Part shown: positions 30,606 through 40,395 of the stretch, piece by piece | Layout of the letters: the number at the start of each line of letters is the position of its first letter | How positions within the stretch are numbered: the first letter of the stretch is position 1 | DNA from: a virus | IMG/VR virus record: IMGVR_UViG_3300042301_003774 | Location: 7,518-71,517 of that record | Length of the DNA: 64,000 nucleotides | Reading direction: 5' to 3' (one strand) | Program-made: the position numbers and the translations under genes | The notes under the pieces: model-generated | Told to the model about the DNA's origin: nothing | Seen by the model: only the letters and a program-made list of their open reading frames with translations | Database searches by the model: none

Positions 30606-32624
30606 ATGTCTGTAGATTTTAGTTACGAAGATTCCCCAAAACCAAACACAAAAGCTAGAAAAAATCTTTCTAATACACCAATATTAGATAACTTTTCTAG
30701 AGATTTAAATAAATTGGCTAAGGAAGGTAGGATAGACCCTATTATTGGTAGGGACAAAGAGGTTAAAAGAATCGCACAAATTTTATCAAGAAAAAAGAAA
30801 AATAATGCGGTTATTGTCGGTGAAGCTGGTGTTGGTAAATCAGCGCTTGTTGAAAAATTGGCATTAATGATAGTTAACGGGGAATGCCCGCCTAGTTTAG
30901 TGGATAAACGAATTGTCTCGTTAGATTTAACATCGCTCGTTGCTGGAACAAAATATCGTGGTCAATTTGAAGAAAGAATCAAAGCTATTCTACATGAATT
31001 GCAAGAAAATACTGATGTTGTTATTTTTATAGACGAATTGCATACGATGGTTGGAGCTGGTAATGCTAGTGGATCTATGGACGCGGCTAATATCTTAAAG
31101 CCAGCGTTAGCTAGAGGTGAAATACAATGTATTGGCGCAACAACTTTTGATGAATTTAAAAAACATATCGAAAAAGATGGGGCACTAGTTAGAAGGTTTC
31201 AAAAAATTATCCTAACTGAACCTACGGAAGAAGAAACAGTTGAAATTTTAAATAATTTAAAAGATTCATATCAAAACTTCCATAAGGTTAGTTATGAACA
31301 AGATGTGGTTGAAACTATTGTTAAATTATCTGGTAGATATATGAGTGATAAACAATTTCCAGATAAAGCAATTGATGTCCTAGATGAATTAGGGTCCGAG
31401 AAAAGGGTCGCGGTAAAAATACCGGAATCAATAGAAAGGTTAAACACTGAAATTGAGATTTTGAAAACTAAAAAAATTGAAGTTGTTAAATCTCAAGACT
31501 ACGAACATGCCGCAAAACTAAGAGATGAAGAAAAGAAGTTACAAACCAAGTTAGAAGATGAAAAAGATAAATGGTTAAACAAACAAAAAAATAATTTAAT
31601 AAGTGTTTCAACAGAAGATGTTTACGCCATAGTATCATCAATGACCGGAGTCCCAATTTTTAAAATAGATGGTAAAGAAACTAAAGACTTATTAAATCTT
31701 GAAACCAACTTATCTACTAGAGTTATTGGGCAAGAAGATGCTATTGCGTCCATTTCTAAAGCCATTCGTAGAAATCGAGTTGGCATTAAAGATGGTGCCA
31801 AACCAATTGGATCATTTATATTTCTAGGATCAACCGGTGTTGGTAAAACTTATTTAGCCAAGACATTAGCGGAACAAATTTTTGGTTCACAAGACAAAGT
31901 AATCAGGGTTGATATGAGTGAATTTATGGAAAAACATTCAGTATCAAGACTTATTGGTTCGCCTCCTGGTTATGTTGGTTATGATGAAGGTGGTCAGTTA
32001 ACCGAAAAAGTTAAAAACAACCCATTTAGTGTTATTTTATTTGATGAAATTGAAAAAGCACATAAAGATGTATTCAATTTATTATTACAAATTTTAGACG
32101 AAGGTCATCTAACAGATTCTTTTGGTAGAAAAGTTGATTTTGCTAATACCTTAATCATTATGACTTCAAACGTTGGCGCTAAGAAAGTTTCCGAATTTGG
32201 TGGAGGCGTTGGCTTTTCAACTAATAGTAGTAATGAACAAAAAGAATTTGTTAAAAAAACAATGATTCAAAAAGCTTTAAAACAGCAATTTAATCCGGAA
32301 TTTTTAAATAGAATTGATGATATTATTTTATTTAATCCATTAAATGAAGAATCGCTAAAAAGGATTATAAAATTAGAGTTAGACAAGTTGGTTAAAAGAT
32401 TAAAAGATAAAAAGTATCTTATTTCATTTGATCAAAGCGTTACCAATGAAATCCTTTCTAAGAATAAAGAGATTGAATTTGGCGCCAGACCAATAAAACG
32501 AATTATACAATCACTATGTGAAGATTTTATTAGTGATGAGATACTAAAAGATGTCATAAAAGAAAATGAGTCAATAAAATTGGTATATAAAGATAAATTA
32601 CTGATTAAAAGTAAAATTATTTAG
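30606..32624 (+). CDS. clpC: ClpC/ClpB-like AAA+ ATPase lacking the N-terminal Clp repeat domain
   Basis: GEAGVGKS, FIDELH, UVR-like QDYEHAAKLRDEE, GSTGVGKT, RLIGSPPGYVGY, FGARP. Confidence 0.9.
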   Translation: MSVDFSYEDSPKPNTKARKNLSNTPILDNFSRDLNKLAKEGRIDPIIGRDKEVKRIAQILSRKKKNNAVIVGEAGVGKSALVEKLALMIVNGECPPSLVDKRIVSLDLTSLVAGTKYRGQFEERIKAILHELQENTDVVIFIDELHTMVGAGNASGSMDAANILKPALARGEIQCIGATTFDEFKKHIEKDGALVRRFQKIILTEPTEEETVEILNNLKDSYQNFHKVSYEQDVVETIVKLSGRYMSDKQFPDKAIDVLDELGSEKRVAVKIPESIERLNTEIEILKTKKIEVVKSQDYEHAAKLRDEEKKLQTKLEDEKDKWLNKQKNNLISVSTEDVYAIVSSMTGVPIFKIDGKETKDLLNLETNLSTRVIGQEDAIASISKAIRRNRVGIKDGAKPIGSFIFLGSTGVGKTYLAKTLAEQIFGSQDKVIRVDMSEFMEKHSVSRLIGSPPGYVGYDEGGQLTEKVKNNPFSVILFDEIEKAHKDVFNLLLQILDEGHLTDSFGRKVDFANTLIIMTSNVGAKKVSEFGGGVGFSTNSSNEQKEFVKKTMIQKALKQQFNPEFLNRIDDIILFNPLNEESLKRIIKLELDKLVKRLKDKKYLISFDQSVTNEILSKNKEIEFGARPIKRIIQSLCEDFISDEILKDVIKENESIKLVYKDKLLIKSKII

Positions 32625-32674
32625 TTTTTTTTGCTAAATACTTGACTTTTCATCAAAAGTGTATATATTTATAT

Positions 32675-32779
32675 CTCTGAAGGTTATCTTTGCCGACTAC
32701 CTTTTCGTTTTTTATCATAAGTAAGTGAGGTTGAACTCACTGAAAGACCTTAAACCCCAACATCTAGTTGGGGTTTTTT
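32675..32779 (+). ncRNA. putative small RNA (sRNA-A)
   Basis: TATTTATA at 32666-32673, no ORF, hairpin AGTGAG-GTTGAA-CTCACT, terminator AAACCCCAAC/GTTGGGGTTTTTT. Confidence 0.45.
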
Positions 32780-32827
32780 ATTACATTATTTTTTTATTTC
32801 AAATTATTTGTGTATATTTAATGTAGT

Positions 32828-33001
32828 ATGAAAAAATATAGCTTTATTTTGTTTGTTAGTGTAATGTTTACATTGACAGCATGTGGTTCGAAATCTACCA
32901 CAAATGAAACAACAGATTCTACAGCTACACAGGTTGATACAGCAAGTGTACAATTAAGTGACACAACCAATGTGGTTGATTCGGTTACTGCGGTACAATA
33001 G
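32828..33001 (+). CDS. small lipoprotein (57 aa, not in ORF track)
   Basis: MKKYSFILFVSVMFTLTACGSKSTTNETTDSTATQVDTASVQLSDTTNVVDSVTAVQ with lipobox LTAC. Confidence 0.7.
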   Translation: MKKYSFILFVSVMFTLTACGSKSTTNETTDSTATQVDTASVQLSDTTNVVDSVTAVQ

Positions 33002-33094
33002 AACGCAACTATTCGTAAATAAATTTGGGGGATAATACCCCCATTTTTGTTTTTTAGAAAAAAAATCTTTATCTTTAATTATAATCATTATAAA

Positions 33095-33244
33095 ATGAAA
33101 AAAGACACATATACATTATCATTATTGGTTATAACCATAATAATGATTTCTTTTGTTTTTTTAATCGCTAAACATTATAAAACCGAGGTAAAAAAACTAG
33201 ACGAAAGGGTAAAAAAACTAGAAATATTTATAAAAAAAGAATAA
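33095..33244 (+). CDS. small membrane protein
   Basis: One TM helix plus short coiled coil; stop overlaps next start. Confidence 0.5.
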   Translation: MKKDTYTLSLLVITIIMISFVFLIAKHYKTEVKKLDERVKKLEIFIKKE

Positions 33245-33666
33245 TGGAAAAAGATTTTATTGGTGACCTAATACTATTAAGAGGTATTCCTGGATCAGGT
33301 AAAAGTACGCTAGGTGATGCTATTTTAAATAGTCCACAATTAACAACTAACACAGTTTTATCTGCGGATGATTTATTTGTTGATTCAAATGGTGTGTATA
33401 ATTTTGAACCAGATAGAATTAAAGAAGCGCATAATATGTGTCAACAGAAATGCGCGGAAAAAATGAAACTAGGAATTTATAAAATAGTTGTTGCAAACAC
33501 ATTTACCCAAGAATGGGAAATGAAACCATATTACGAAATGGCTGAAAGATATAACTATAGAATCCATTCAGTTATAGTTGAAAATAGACACGATGGGGTT
33601 AATGTACACAACGTACCAGAAGAAAAAATCCATCAAATGAAAGATAGATTTGAAGTATCATTATAA
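33244..33666 (+). CDS. polynucleotide kinase-like P-loop protein (AAA_33)
   Basis: LILLRGIPGSGKST, SADD.F, VVANTF, NVHNVP; adjacent to RNA ligase. Confidence 0.8.
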   Translation: MEKDFIGDLILLRGIPGSGKSTLGDAILNSPQLTTNTVLSADDLFVDSNGVYNFEPDRIKEAHNMCQQKCAEKMKLGIYKIVVANTFTQEWEMKPYYEMAERYNYRIHSVIVENRHDGVNVHNVPEEKIHQMKDRFEVSL

Positions 33667-33675
33667 ACACAACAA

Positions 33676-34866
33676 ATGTTAAACATATTAGAAAAATATT
33701 TTCAAGATGGTTTATTACATAAACAAACTCACCCAACTTTAGATTTAACTATTTGGAATTATACACCAAAGGTTCAATACGAAAAATTATGGGATGAAAT
33801 TACAATACAGTGCCGTGGTTTAGTGACTAATTCAAATGGTGATATTGTTGCAAGACCATTTAATAAATTTTTTAATTACGAAGAACATAAACCAGAAGAT
33901 TTACCAAATGAATTTTTTGAGGTATATGAAAAAATGGATGGATCGCTAGGTATTCTTTTTTATTATGAAGAAGAGTTAAGTGATGAACGAAGATATAACA
34001 TATGGTTTAATAATAATTACGAAACCGGTATGGAAAGATTTTTTGATCCAAACAATCTCCCTGACTTTGATAATTCATACTACGAACCAACACCAAAAAC
34101 TAAGGGTGAGTGGATTTTAGCTACTCGTGGATCATTCACATCACCACAGTCTATAAAAGGTCGTGAGATCCTTGAAAAGTATGATTACAAGCGTTTACCA
34201 AAGGAATACACATATTTGTTTGAGATAATTTATCCAGAAAATAGAATTGTCTGTGAATATGATTATGAAGATTTGATCTTACTTGGAGTAATTAATATTA
34301 AAAATGGTTCCGAGGTCAATATTCATAATGATTCAAATGAAGATATTCGATTAAATAATTTATTTAAAAATTTAGGATTTAAACTTGTTGTCACATATAA
34401 AACCTGGGGTGAAGGTTTTGATTTACTAAAAGAAGAAATTAGTAAGCATAAAGAAGGTTATGTAATTCGTTTTAAAAACGGATTTAGAATGAAGATTAAA
34501 GGTGATGAATATGTTCGATTACATCGAATATTAACTAATATATCAAATAGAGACATATGGGAATATTTGAAAGATAATAAACCATTTGATGAATTACTTG
34601 AAAAAGTTCCAGACGAATTTAATGATTGGGTTAAGAAAACAGTAAGAGATTTAACGATTAGATTTGATAATATCAATAAGGATTATATTGAGATTTATGA
34701 AAATTTAAAATTACAAAATTTAGATAGAAAAGAGTTTGCTTTTAAAGCAAAACATTATAGGCACTCTAACATTTTATTTAACATGTTAGACGGAAAAGAT
34801 CATAAACAAAATATTTGGAAAATCATATATCCAAATTATTCAAAACCATTTAAAAAAGATGAATAA
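33676..34866 (+). CDS. RNA ligase (T4 Rnl1/RnlA-like)
   Basis: QCRGLV, ARPFNKFFN, motif I EKMDGSLG, ATRGSF, FEII, EGYV, KIKG. Confidence 0.88.
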   Translation: MLNILEKYFQDGLLHKQTHPTLDLTIWNYTPKVQYEKLWDEITIQCRGLVTNSNGDIVARPFNKFFNYEEHKPEDLPNEFFEVYEKMDGSLGILFYYEEELSDERRYNIWFNNNYETGMERFFDPNNLPDFDNSYYEPTPKTKGEWILATRGSFTSPQSIKGREILEKYDYKRLPKEYTYLFEIIYPENRIVCEYDYEDLILLGVINIKNGSEVNIHNDSNEDIRLNNLFKNLGFKLVVTYKTWGEGFDLLKEEISKHKEGYVIRFKNGFRMKIKGDEYVRLHRILTNISNRDIWEYLKDNKPFDELLEKVPDEFNDWVKKTVRDLTIRFDNINKDYIEIYENLKLQNLDRKEFAFKAKHYRHSNILFNMLDGKDHKQNIWKIIYPNYSKPFKKDE

Positions 34867-35230
34867 TAAAATACCTAAAGTTATTGAAGTAGTTATAACC
34901 GGAAAATATAATGGTTATACCGATTTTTTTGAAAAGAATAAAACAAGAATTTACCAAGGTATTTTTGATTGTTTTAATTTGCTTAGCAATAGTAATAGAA
35001 AAACAATTAAATATCTTGTTCAGTCAACAACCGTTTCAGAATTAGTTGGGCCCGTTGATTTTAGCACAGAATTTGTTTTTAGAAAAAATGAGGCGGACAT
35101 TCTTATTGATTTCATTTTAACTCATTTTGAAGAAATTGAAGAATATGAAAAATGTCAAGATATTTTAAATTTACATAAAAAGTTGACAAATTCAGAAAAC
35201 ATGTCTATATTAGAATTAACAAACGCATAA
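34859..35230 (+). CDS. hypothetical protein
   Basis: 123-aa ORF with C-terminal FEEIEEYEKC UVR-like motif. Confidence 0.55.
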   Translation: MNNKIPKVIEVVITGKYNGYTDFFEKNKTRIYQGIFDCFNLLSNSNRKTIKYLVQSTTVSELVGPVDFSTEFVFRKNEADILIDFILTHFEEIEEYEKCQDILNLHKKLTNSENMSILELTNA

Positions 35231-35286
35231 AAATACGTTTAGTTATTTCTTGCCAAACTAACCCCTCGTTTCTACGTGGGGTTTTT

Positions 35287-36705
35287 TTATAAAATCATTC
35301 TTGATCCAATCAAGACATTACTTAATAATGGTGACCCATCTGCAGTATTACCACTTAGTTTATAATTGATACTAAGCCCAAATCTTTTACTTAGTTTGTA
35401 ATCAAATGATGAACCAATAAGATATCCCATATTTTTGTTTATTGTGGACGTGCCCGCCACACTATTCCAAGATATTGGAGCAAACATTGTGAATATCTGT
35501 GGCGATATGGTTAATTTTTTACTGTATTGATATGGTTTGGTCCAAAACGCCACAACTGATGTTGAAGTGTTGTAGTCATACCCACTTTTTGAATTTTTTA
35601 ATAATAGATTTATTAATCCCAAATTATATCCAAACACACCTTTCTTCTGTGTTGGTTTTATCCAGGTATAACCTAATAAATTCATGTAATTACCATTCAA
35701 ATAAGCAAAAGATGATGAATATGAATGTATTGCGTTTAATTTACCATTCGAAAAATCCATTTTAGTGAATCCACCAGTAACAATAAAAGTTTTCAGATCG
35801 CTCATTATAACAGTATTTGCGGAATAACTCTTATCACCCATTAATGATGATTTGGATACACCAATAGTTGCGGATTGTAACCACCTACCCTCTGGTGTCT
35901 CAATTGTTGACAAATCAGACGATAACAACATAGGATTCGACACCGCAGCTTTTTCTTTTTTCTTTTCTTCCTTTTTTTCTTCCTTTTTTTCTTCTTTAGA
36001 TTCTTCCTTTTTTTCCTCTGTTTTTGATTCTTCCTTTTTTTCTTCGCTTTTACTTTCGGTTTTTGATTCTTCTTTTGTCTCTGATTTACTTTCTGTTTTA
36101 CTTTCTGTTTTACTTTCTGTTTTACTTTCTGTTTTAGCTTCAGTTTTTGTGCTTGACGATGATGAACTACTAGAACCGCCAGAACCACTTGAACTCGATG
36201 ACGCCGGCGGTGGTGAGCTAGCGGCGCCACTTGCTGATGAACCCGCTGCACTACCTGCCGATGAACTAGCCGCGCTACTTGCGGATGAACTAGCAGCACT
36301 ACTTGCTGACGAGCTTGCCGCTGTTGCAGCAGAACTTGAGGCAGCACTAGATGCAGCAGAACTAGCCGCTTGAGCTGCGGCATTACTAGCTGCTTGTGCG
36401 GCCGCGTTTGTTACCGCTTGCTGTACTATTGGATTATTGATTACAGGACACGTAATAGCCTCGTAGGTAGCTTTAGTTGTAAGTAACCAACTCTGAACTA
36501 CACCGGTTTGAACTTCGATAGGGCTAAACGTTCTAACTTGATTATAGAAAGATACGGTAGCATTCCCATTAATCATTGTGGTTGTCGCAACTTTACGTTC
36601 TCCGGTACACCTATCTACAAATGTTTGGGTATAAGTTTGGCCTATCGCTTTATTAACGAATAACGACAGAAGAATTATTGATAAACTTATTAACCATTTT
36701 TTCAT
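35287..36705 (-). CDS. secreted/outer-membrane protein with Ala/Ser- and Glu/Lys-rich linker and C-terminal beta-barrel-like region
   Basis: Signal peptide, low-complexity linker, amphipathic beta strands at the C-terminus. Confidence 0.6.
   Translation of the reverse strand: MKKWLISLSIILLSLFVNKAIGQTYTQTFVDRCTGERKVATTTMINGNATVSFYNQVRTFSPIEVQTGVVQSWLLTTKATYEAITCPVINNPIVQQAVTNAAAQAASNAAAQAASSAASSAASSSAATAASSSASSAASSSASSAASSSAGSAAGSSASGAASSPPPASSSSSGSGGSSSSSSSSTKTEAKTESKTESKTESKTESKSETKEESKTESKSEEKKEESKTEEKKEESKEEKKEEKKEEKKKEKAAVSNPMLLSSDLSTIETPEGRWLQSATIGVSKSSLMGDKSYSANTVIMSDLKTFIVTGGFTKMDFSNGKLNAIHSYSSSFAYLNGNYMNLLGYTWIKPTQKKGVFGYNLGLINLLLKNSKSGYDYNTSTSVVAFWTKPYQYSKKLTISPQIFTMFAPISWNSVAGTSTINKNMGYLIGSSFDYKLSKRFGLSINYKLSGNTADGSPLLSNVLIGSRMIL
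36085..36132. repeat. 12-bp tandem repeat TTTACTTTCTGT x4 (coding TESK repeats)
   Basis: Visible in sequence inside 35287..36705. Confidence 0.8.
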
Positions 36706-37007
36706 TATCTATTTTTCGGCACTCTTGGCGGAATCGGTCTACTTAGTCTTGGTTGTGATCTACTTGGTCTATTAGGGGTAACAACGGGTGCTTGCCTTAA
36801 GACAGGTCTTTGTCTTTGTATTATTATTGGTGTATAAAACGGTGGCCCCCAATTATAATTAAAAAAAAATGGTGATGGAACATACATGTTATCATACACC
36901 ACTCTTTGTTTTCTTATCACTGAATCTTTTTGATCAACATAAACATACCTAACCGGTGCACAACCAAACGTCAGCAATAGTAGTGTAGTTAAAATTACGT
37001 TTTTCAT
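36705..37007 (-). CDS. small lipoprotein
   Basis: Lipobox TFGC, Pro/Arg-rich tail. Confidence 0.6.
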   Translation of the reverse strand: MKNVILTTLLLLTFGCAPVRYVYVDQKDSVIRKQRVVYDNMYVPSPFFFNYNWGPPFYTPIIIQRQRPVLRQAPVVTPNRPSRSQPRLSRPIPPRVPKNR

Positions 37008-37726
37008 TATTTTTCAAAAATTCCTTTTTTAATCATTCTGTCTAATATTCTAGCACACGCAATGTCTAAAGCTTTTTTTGTTGCTATTGAAATAGTTGAT
37101 TGGTTAAACTTAACTTCATCAACGGTTGCGTCTGATAATAATGTTAACTCTCTAGTTGTTTTTGCTTCACCAAGACCAGATCCTGAAAAAACAACACCAG
37201 TCTCAGCGTTAGTAAATCTAACTTGTAAACCGATACGAGTCACCATTAGATTTTTAACACCGTCTTTTAAGTTTACAGTCTCATCTTCTGATACAGAATA
37301 ATCATAACATTCAATTGTCACAAAATATTCAGCTAAGTTGATCTTACCTCTACCATCTAATTTATTTTCAGAAATACCAGCTTGAGATGCTTGGAATTGT
37401 TTAACCATTCGGTTTTTAATTTCCGTTTTATCTTCTGTAAACTTAAAACGATTTAAGTTTTCTAAATATTCCATTGAAATATTTGCAACGCCTAAACCTA
37501 CTCTTTTTTCTTTAAGTTCGGGATACATCTCGTACATTTCATCACTAATTCCAGCTTTTAAGATCTGAATTGGAATTTGTTTACCGTCATAATCTAAGAA
37601 ACGCGAAATATCAATTGCAGTCTCAAACGATGCTTTATATTGTTCTGTTTGCGTTTTACCAATAGTTTGGGCAAATAACGATGTGCTAAAAAGTGTGATG
37701 AATAATAATAAAAATATTTTTTTCAT
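37007..37726 (-). CDS. CsgG/HfaB-like secreted protein
   Basis: Signal peptide; LGVANI...L...NRF...AEYFV....YDYS...GLQVRFTNAETG.V..GSGLG pattern. Confidence 0.6.
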   Translation of the reverse strand: MKKIFLLLFITLFSTSLFAQTIGKTQTEQYKASFETAIDISRFLDYDGKQIPIQILKAGISDEMYEMYPELKEKRVGLGVANISMEYLENLNRFKFTEDKTEIKNRMVKQFQASQAGISENKLDGRGKINLAEYFVTIECYDYSVSEDETVNLKDGVKNLMVTRIGLQVRFTNAETGVVFSGSGLGEAKTTRELTLLSDATVDEVKFNQSTISIATKKALDIACARILDRMIKKGIFEK

Positions 37727-37727
37727 A

Positions 37728-37949
37728 TTACTTTCCATTATAGAACACATTTTTAGGATTGTCTACAAATCGGCCATCTATTCTGATCGTCAACTCATTG
37801 GTGATTCTACTTATCTCTTCGTTATTATCTGTTACGTGTAAGAAAAGAAAGTATACTTGAAATGATAACGCAAATATTACCCAAGCCATCGCCATCATTA
37901 ACATGGTTGAAGCCATTGCTTCTTTTATTTTTTCTAAATTAATAGTCAT
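37728..37949 (-). CDS. small membrane protein
   Basis: Single TM helix. Confidence 0.5.
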   Translation of the reverse strand: MTINLEKIKEAMASTMLMMAMAWVIFALSFQVYFLFLHVTDNNEEISRITNELTIRIDGRFVDNPKNVFYNGK

Positions 37950-37959
37950 ATATTTAATT

Positions 37960-38229
37960 TTAACCTTCGATAACATCTTGGCTATCGTCTTTTTTATTTG
38001 AATTTTTGTTATTTATCCATTTATCAACGGATGCAATACCAAATGAACCAAGAGTAATAACTAAAAACCCATCGAAAATAAATTCATTGATAAGTAACTC
38101 TTTCCCCAACCAACCTGTCACCAAGTCTACAACCAATGATATTACCATCATAATGAATGACGCGAATCCAACAACTGATTTTTCATTAATTGTGTTGTTG
38201 TCGTTAAATAAATCTTTTAAAAATCCCAT
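37960..38229 (-). CDS. two-TM membrane protein (holin-like)
   Basis: Two hydrophobic helices, charged tail. Confidence 0.5.
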   Translation of the reverse strand: MGFLKDLFNDNNTINEKSVVGFASFIMMVISLVVDLVTGWLGKELLINEFIFDGFLVITLGSFGIASVDKWINNKNSNKKDDSQDVIEG

Positions 38230-38260
38230 AATTTTTGTTTTTTGTTTTTTTTTGTGTTTA

Positions 38261-38869
38261 TTATCCTTCCATATGCATCTCAGCATATTCGTCTTTAACT
38301 TTACCACACTTTAGACATTCTTCAGTTCCATCACCGTCTAAGTCACCCCAAACGTGTTCACATTGCCTGTGTGCAAAATATTCATCGATTTTACCGTCAC
38401 CATCGAAATCTAAACCATCCATTACACCGTCACCATCTTCATCCACTTCAACACCTACTTTAGGTTGGACAGTTGCTTGGACAGTTTGTCCAACTTCCCC
38501 ACTAACTTCCTCACTTGTTGGTAAAACTAATGGAAATACATTGGTTGGAACTATTGGATTATTTGGTAAATCGGCAGTATTACTTAATGATGTGCCATCT
38601 TCCTCATCCATTTTCTGAACTAACATTTTATCCTTATCGGTATCACTAAACCAATAGTCAATGATTTTACCATAAGAACCAATGAAAGCACCCAATAACA
38701 ATAGTAGAAGTTCTTTCCATTCTCCTTCAATTGCGGATTTATTTAGGATTGCCCCAAATATCCCCATAATGATTATCATAAATCCACCTAATACGATGGC
38801 AGTGATGAACCATCTACGTTTCATCATATTACCTAATAGCTCCTTAAAACCACCTGCTTCTTCTTTCAT
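38261..38869 (-). CDS. membrane protein with DxDGDG Ca-binding-like repeats
   Basis: Two TM helices; DEDGDG, DFDGDG, DLDGDG; C-terminal Cys/His cluster. Confidence 0.6.
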   Translation of the reverse strand: MKEEAGGFKELLGNMMKRRWFITAIVLGGFMIIIMGIFGAILNKSAIEGEWKELLLLLLGAFIGSYGKIIDYWFSDTDKDKMLVQKMDEEDGTSLSNTADLPNNPIVPTNVFPLVLPTSEEVSGEVGQTVQATVQPKVGVEVDEDGDGVMDGLDFDGDGKIDEYFAHRQCEHVWGDLDGDGTEECLKCGKVKDEYAEMHMEG

Positions 38870-38897
38870 TTTAATATTCTAGTTTAACTTTAAATTA

Positions 38898-39224
38898 TTA
38901 CCACTTTGGTGCTTCTTCTTTAAACTCATCACCTTCTTTTTTCTTAGGCTTAGCGGCTGGTTGAGCTGCTGGTTGGGCTGACCCGGCCTTTTCTTTAATA
39001 ATCACCGTTTTACCCCCTCCAGCTGATTGTTGTTGCTGATTAGAGTTAGTGATATTAATTACTGGTGCGGCTTGCTGTACTGGTGCTGGATCATCACCAC
39101 CACCTGTTATTTGAGTTATACCCCAGGTACCTAATCCCATTACAGCTGTTGTTATTACACCGATAATAGTCTTTTTTAATCCGGATAAAGTTCCGTCATT
39201 TGCATTTTCTACTTCTTCTGACAT
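38898..39224 (-). CDS. membrane-anchored hypothetical protein
   Basis: One TM helix, Gln/Ala/Pro-rich tail. Confidence 0.55.
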   Translation of the reverse strand: MSEEVENANDGTLSGLKKTIIGVITTAVMGLGTWGITQITGGGDDPAPVQQAAPVINITNSNQQQQSAGGGKTVIIKEKAGSAQPAAQPAAKPKKKEGDEFKEEAPKW

Positions 39225-39285
39225 TTTATTTGTTTTTAATTTTTAGTTTATTTAATTACCACCCAAATACCTCAAATGTTTAATA

Positions 39286-40005
39286 TTATACACCAAACGC
39301 TTTAGTAAATCCTTCAGGACAAGTTTTTGTACATATCAAATCTGCAATAACTGGTGCAAATGCCGCTCCAATTGCAATACCAACTCCAGCCGGTGTTGCC
39401 CATAACTCTGCAGAATCTAAACTTTTACCTAAACAATTTGAAATTATATTTTTTAATAGTGTATGGTCAATACTATCACTAACGTATGGTATTGCTAAAA
39501 ATCCTTCTGTTATAATTTCAGTCATTGCCATTACTACAACCACTTTAGCTGCTTTATCTGCAGTATAAAGAATTGGTTGTGCCATAAATGATAATGTGGT
39601 TGATGCTACTGCACCTTCAGGTTGTTCTGGTGCAAATGCTGCTGCACAACCCAATCCAATAGCTGCGGTTACCGCTATATTACAAGCATTTTTATCTGCC
39701 CATTGGTATGCATCTATTACACCTTCTTTTACTTCTTCATACCCTTCTTTAATTTCAGATACTATTTGTTTTTCAACCAAATCAATTATTGGCGCAACTT
39801 CTTCATTCCACTCTCTACCAGTTACATCTTCAATTCTATGATTTATTTCAGGATGAGCGTGAATATATGCTATTGCTCTAGAACTAAGTCCCCATGTTTC
39901 ACATATTGAACCATCCCAATCTCCACCATTACCATACATTCTTACATAATTGTCACCGCAATCTGAGCGATGATATACTATTCCGTCTCCGTTTTTGTCT
40001 GCCAT
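39286..40005 (-). CDS. hypothetical protein with hydrophobic Cys-containing helical domain
   Basis: 239-aa ORF with its own TATTTAT-type motif upstream. Confidence 0.55.
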   Translation of the reverse strand: MADKNGDGIVYHRSDCGDNYVRMYGNGGDWDGSICETWGLSSRAIAYIHAHPEINHRIEDVTGREWNEEVAPIIDLVEKQIVSEIKEGYEEVKEGVIDAYQWADKNACNIAVTAAIGLGCAAAFAPEQPEGAVASTTLSFMAQPILYTADKAAKVVVVMAMTEIITEGFLAIPYVSDSIDHTLLKNIISNCLGKSLDSAELWATPAGVGIAIGAAFAPVIADLICTKTCPEGFTKAFGV

Positions 40006-40022
40006 AATATTTATATTTTTAT

Positions 40023-40394
40023 TTATAGTTTATTAAAATCTGTAATTCCTAATTGGTTGTTTTTAGAATCAAATAATCCGATTCTATATGCTGATGATGG
40101 TAATGCTGAAGTATATACTTTTAGTATATTATCACCAGCTTTAACCGTTACAACCTCCTTAGAGACAACTTTATTGGAAATATCAAAAATCTTTATTGTT
40201 ACTGGTTGCTCAACATCAATCTTTACGTTCATTGCAACCTCATTAGTTACAAAGGCAGTTTCTAGCTTAATACCAACCGAATTTTTTATTTGTAGGGCTG
40301 GAGTAACTTGCTGAGTTGGTAGTTCAAAAATATCATCCTTTGAACAACCTACTAACCCAACCACAATTAACGCGAATATTACCGTTTTTTTCAT
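40023..40394 (-). CDS. lipoprotein with Ig-like (T9SS-CTD/FlgD-like) domain
   Basis: LVGC lipobox; VTIKIFDISNKVV...GDN....SALPSSAY. Confidence 0.55.
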   Translation of the reverse strand: MKKTVIFALIVVGLVGCSKDDIFELPTQQVTPALQIKNSVGIKLETAFVTNEVAMNVKIDVEQPVTIKIFDISNKVVSKEVVTVKAGDNILKVYTSALPSSAYRIGLFDSKNNQLGITDFNKL

Positions 40395-40395
40395 T

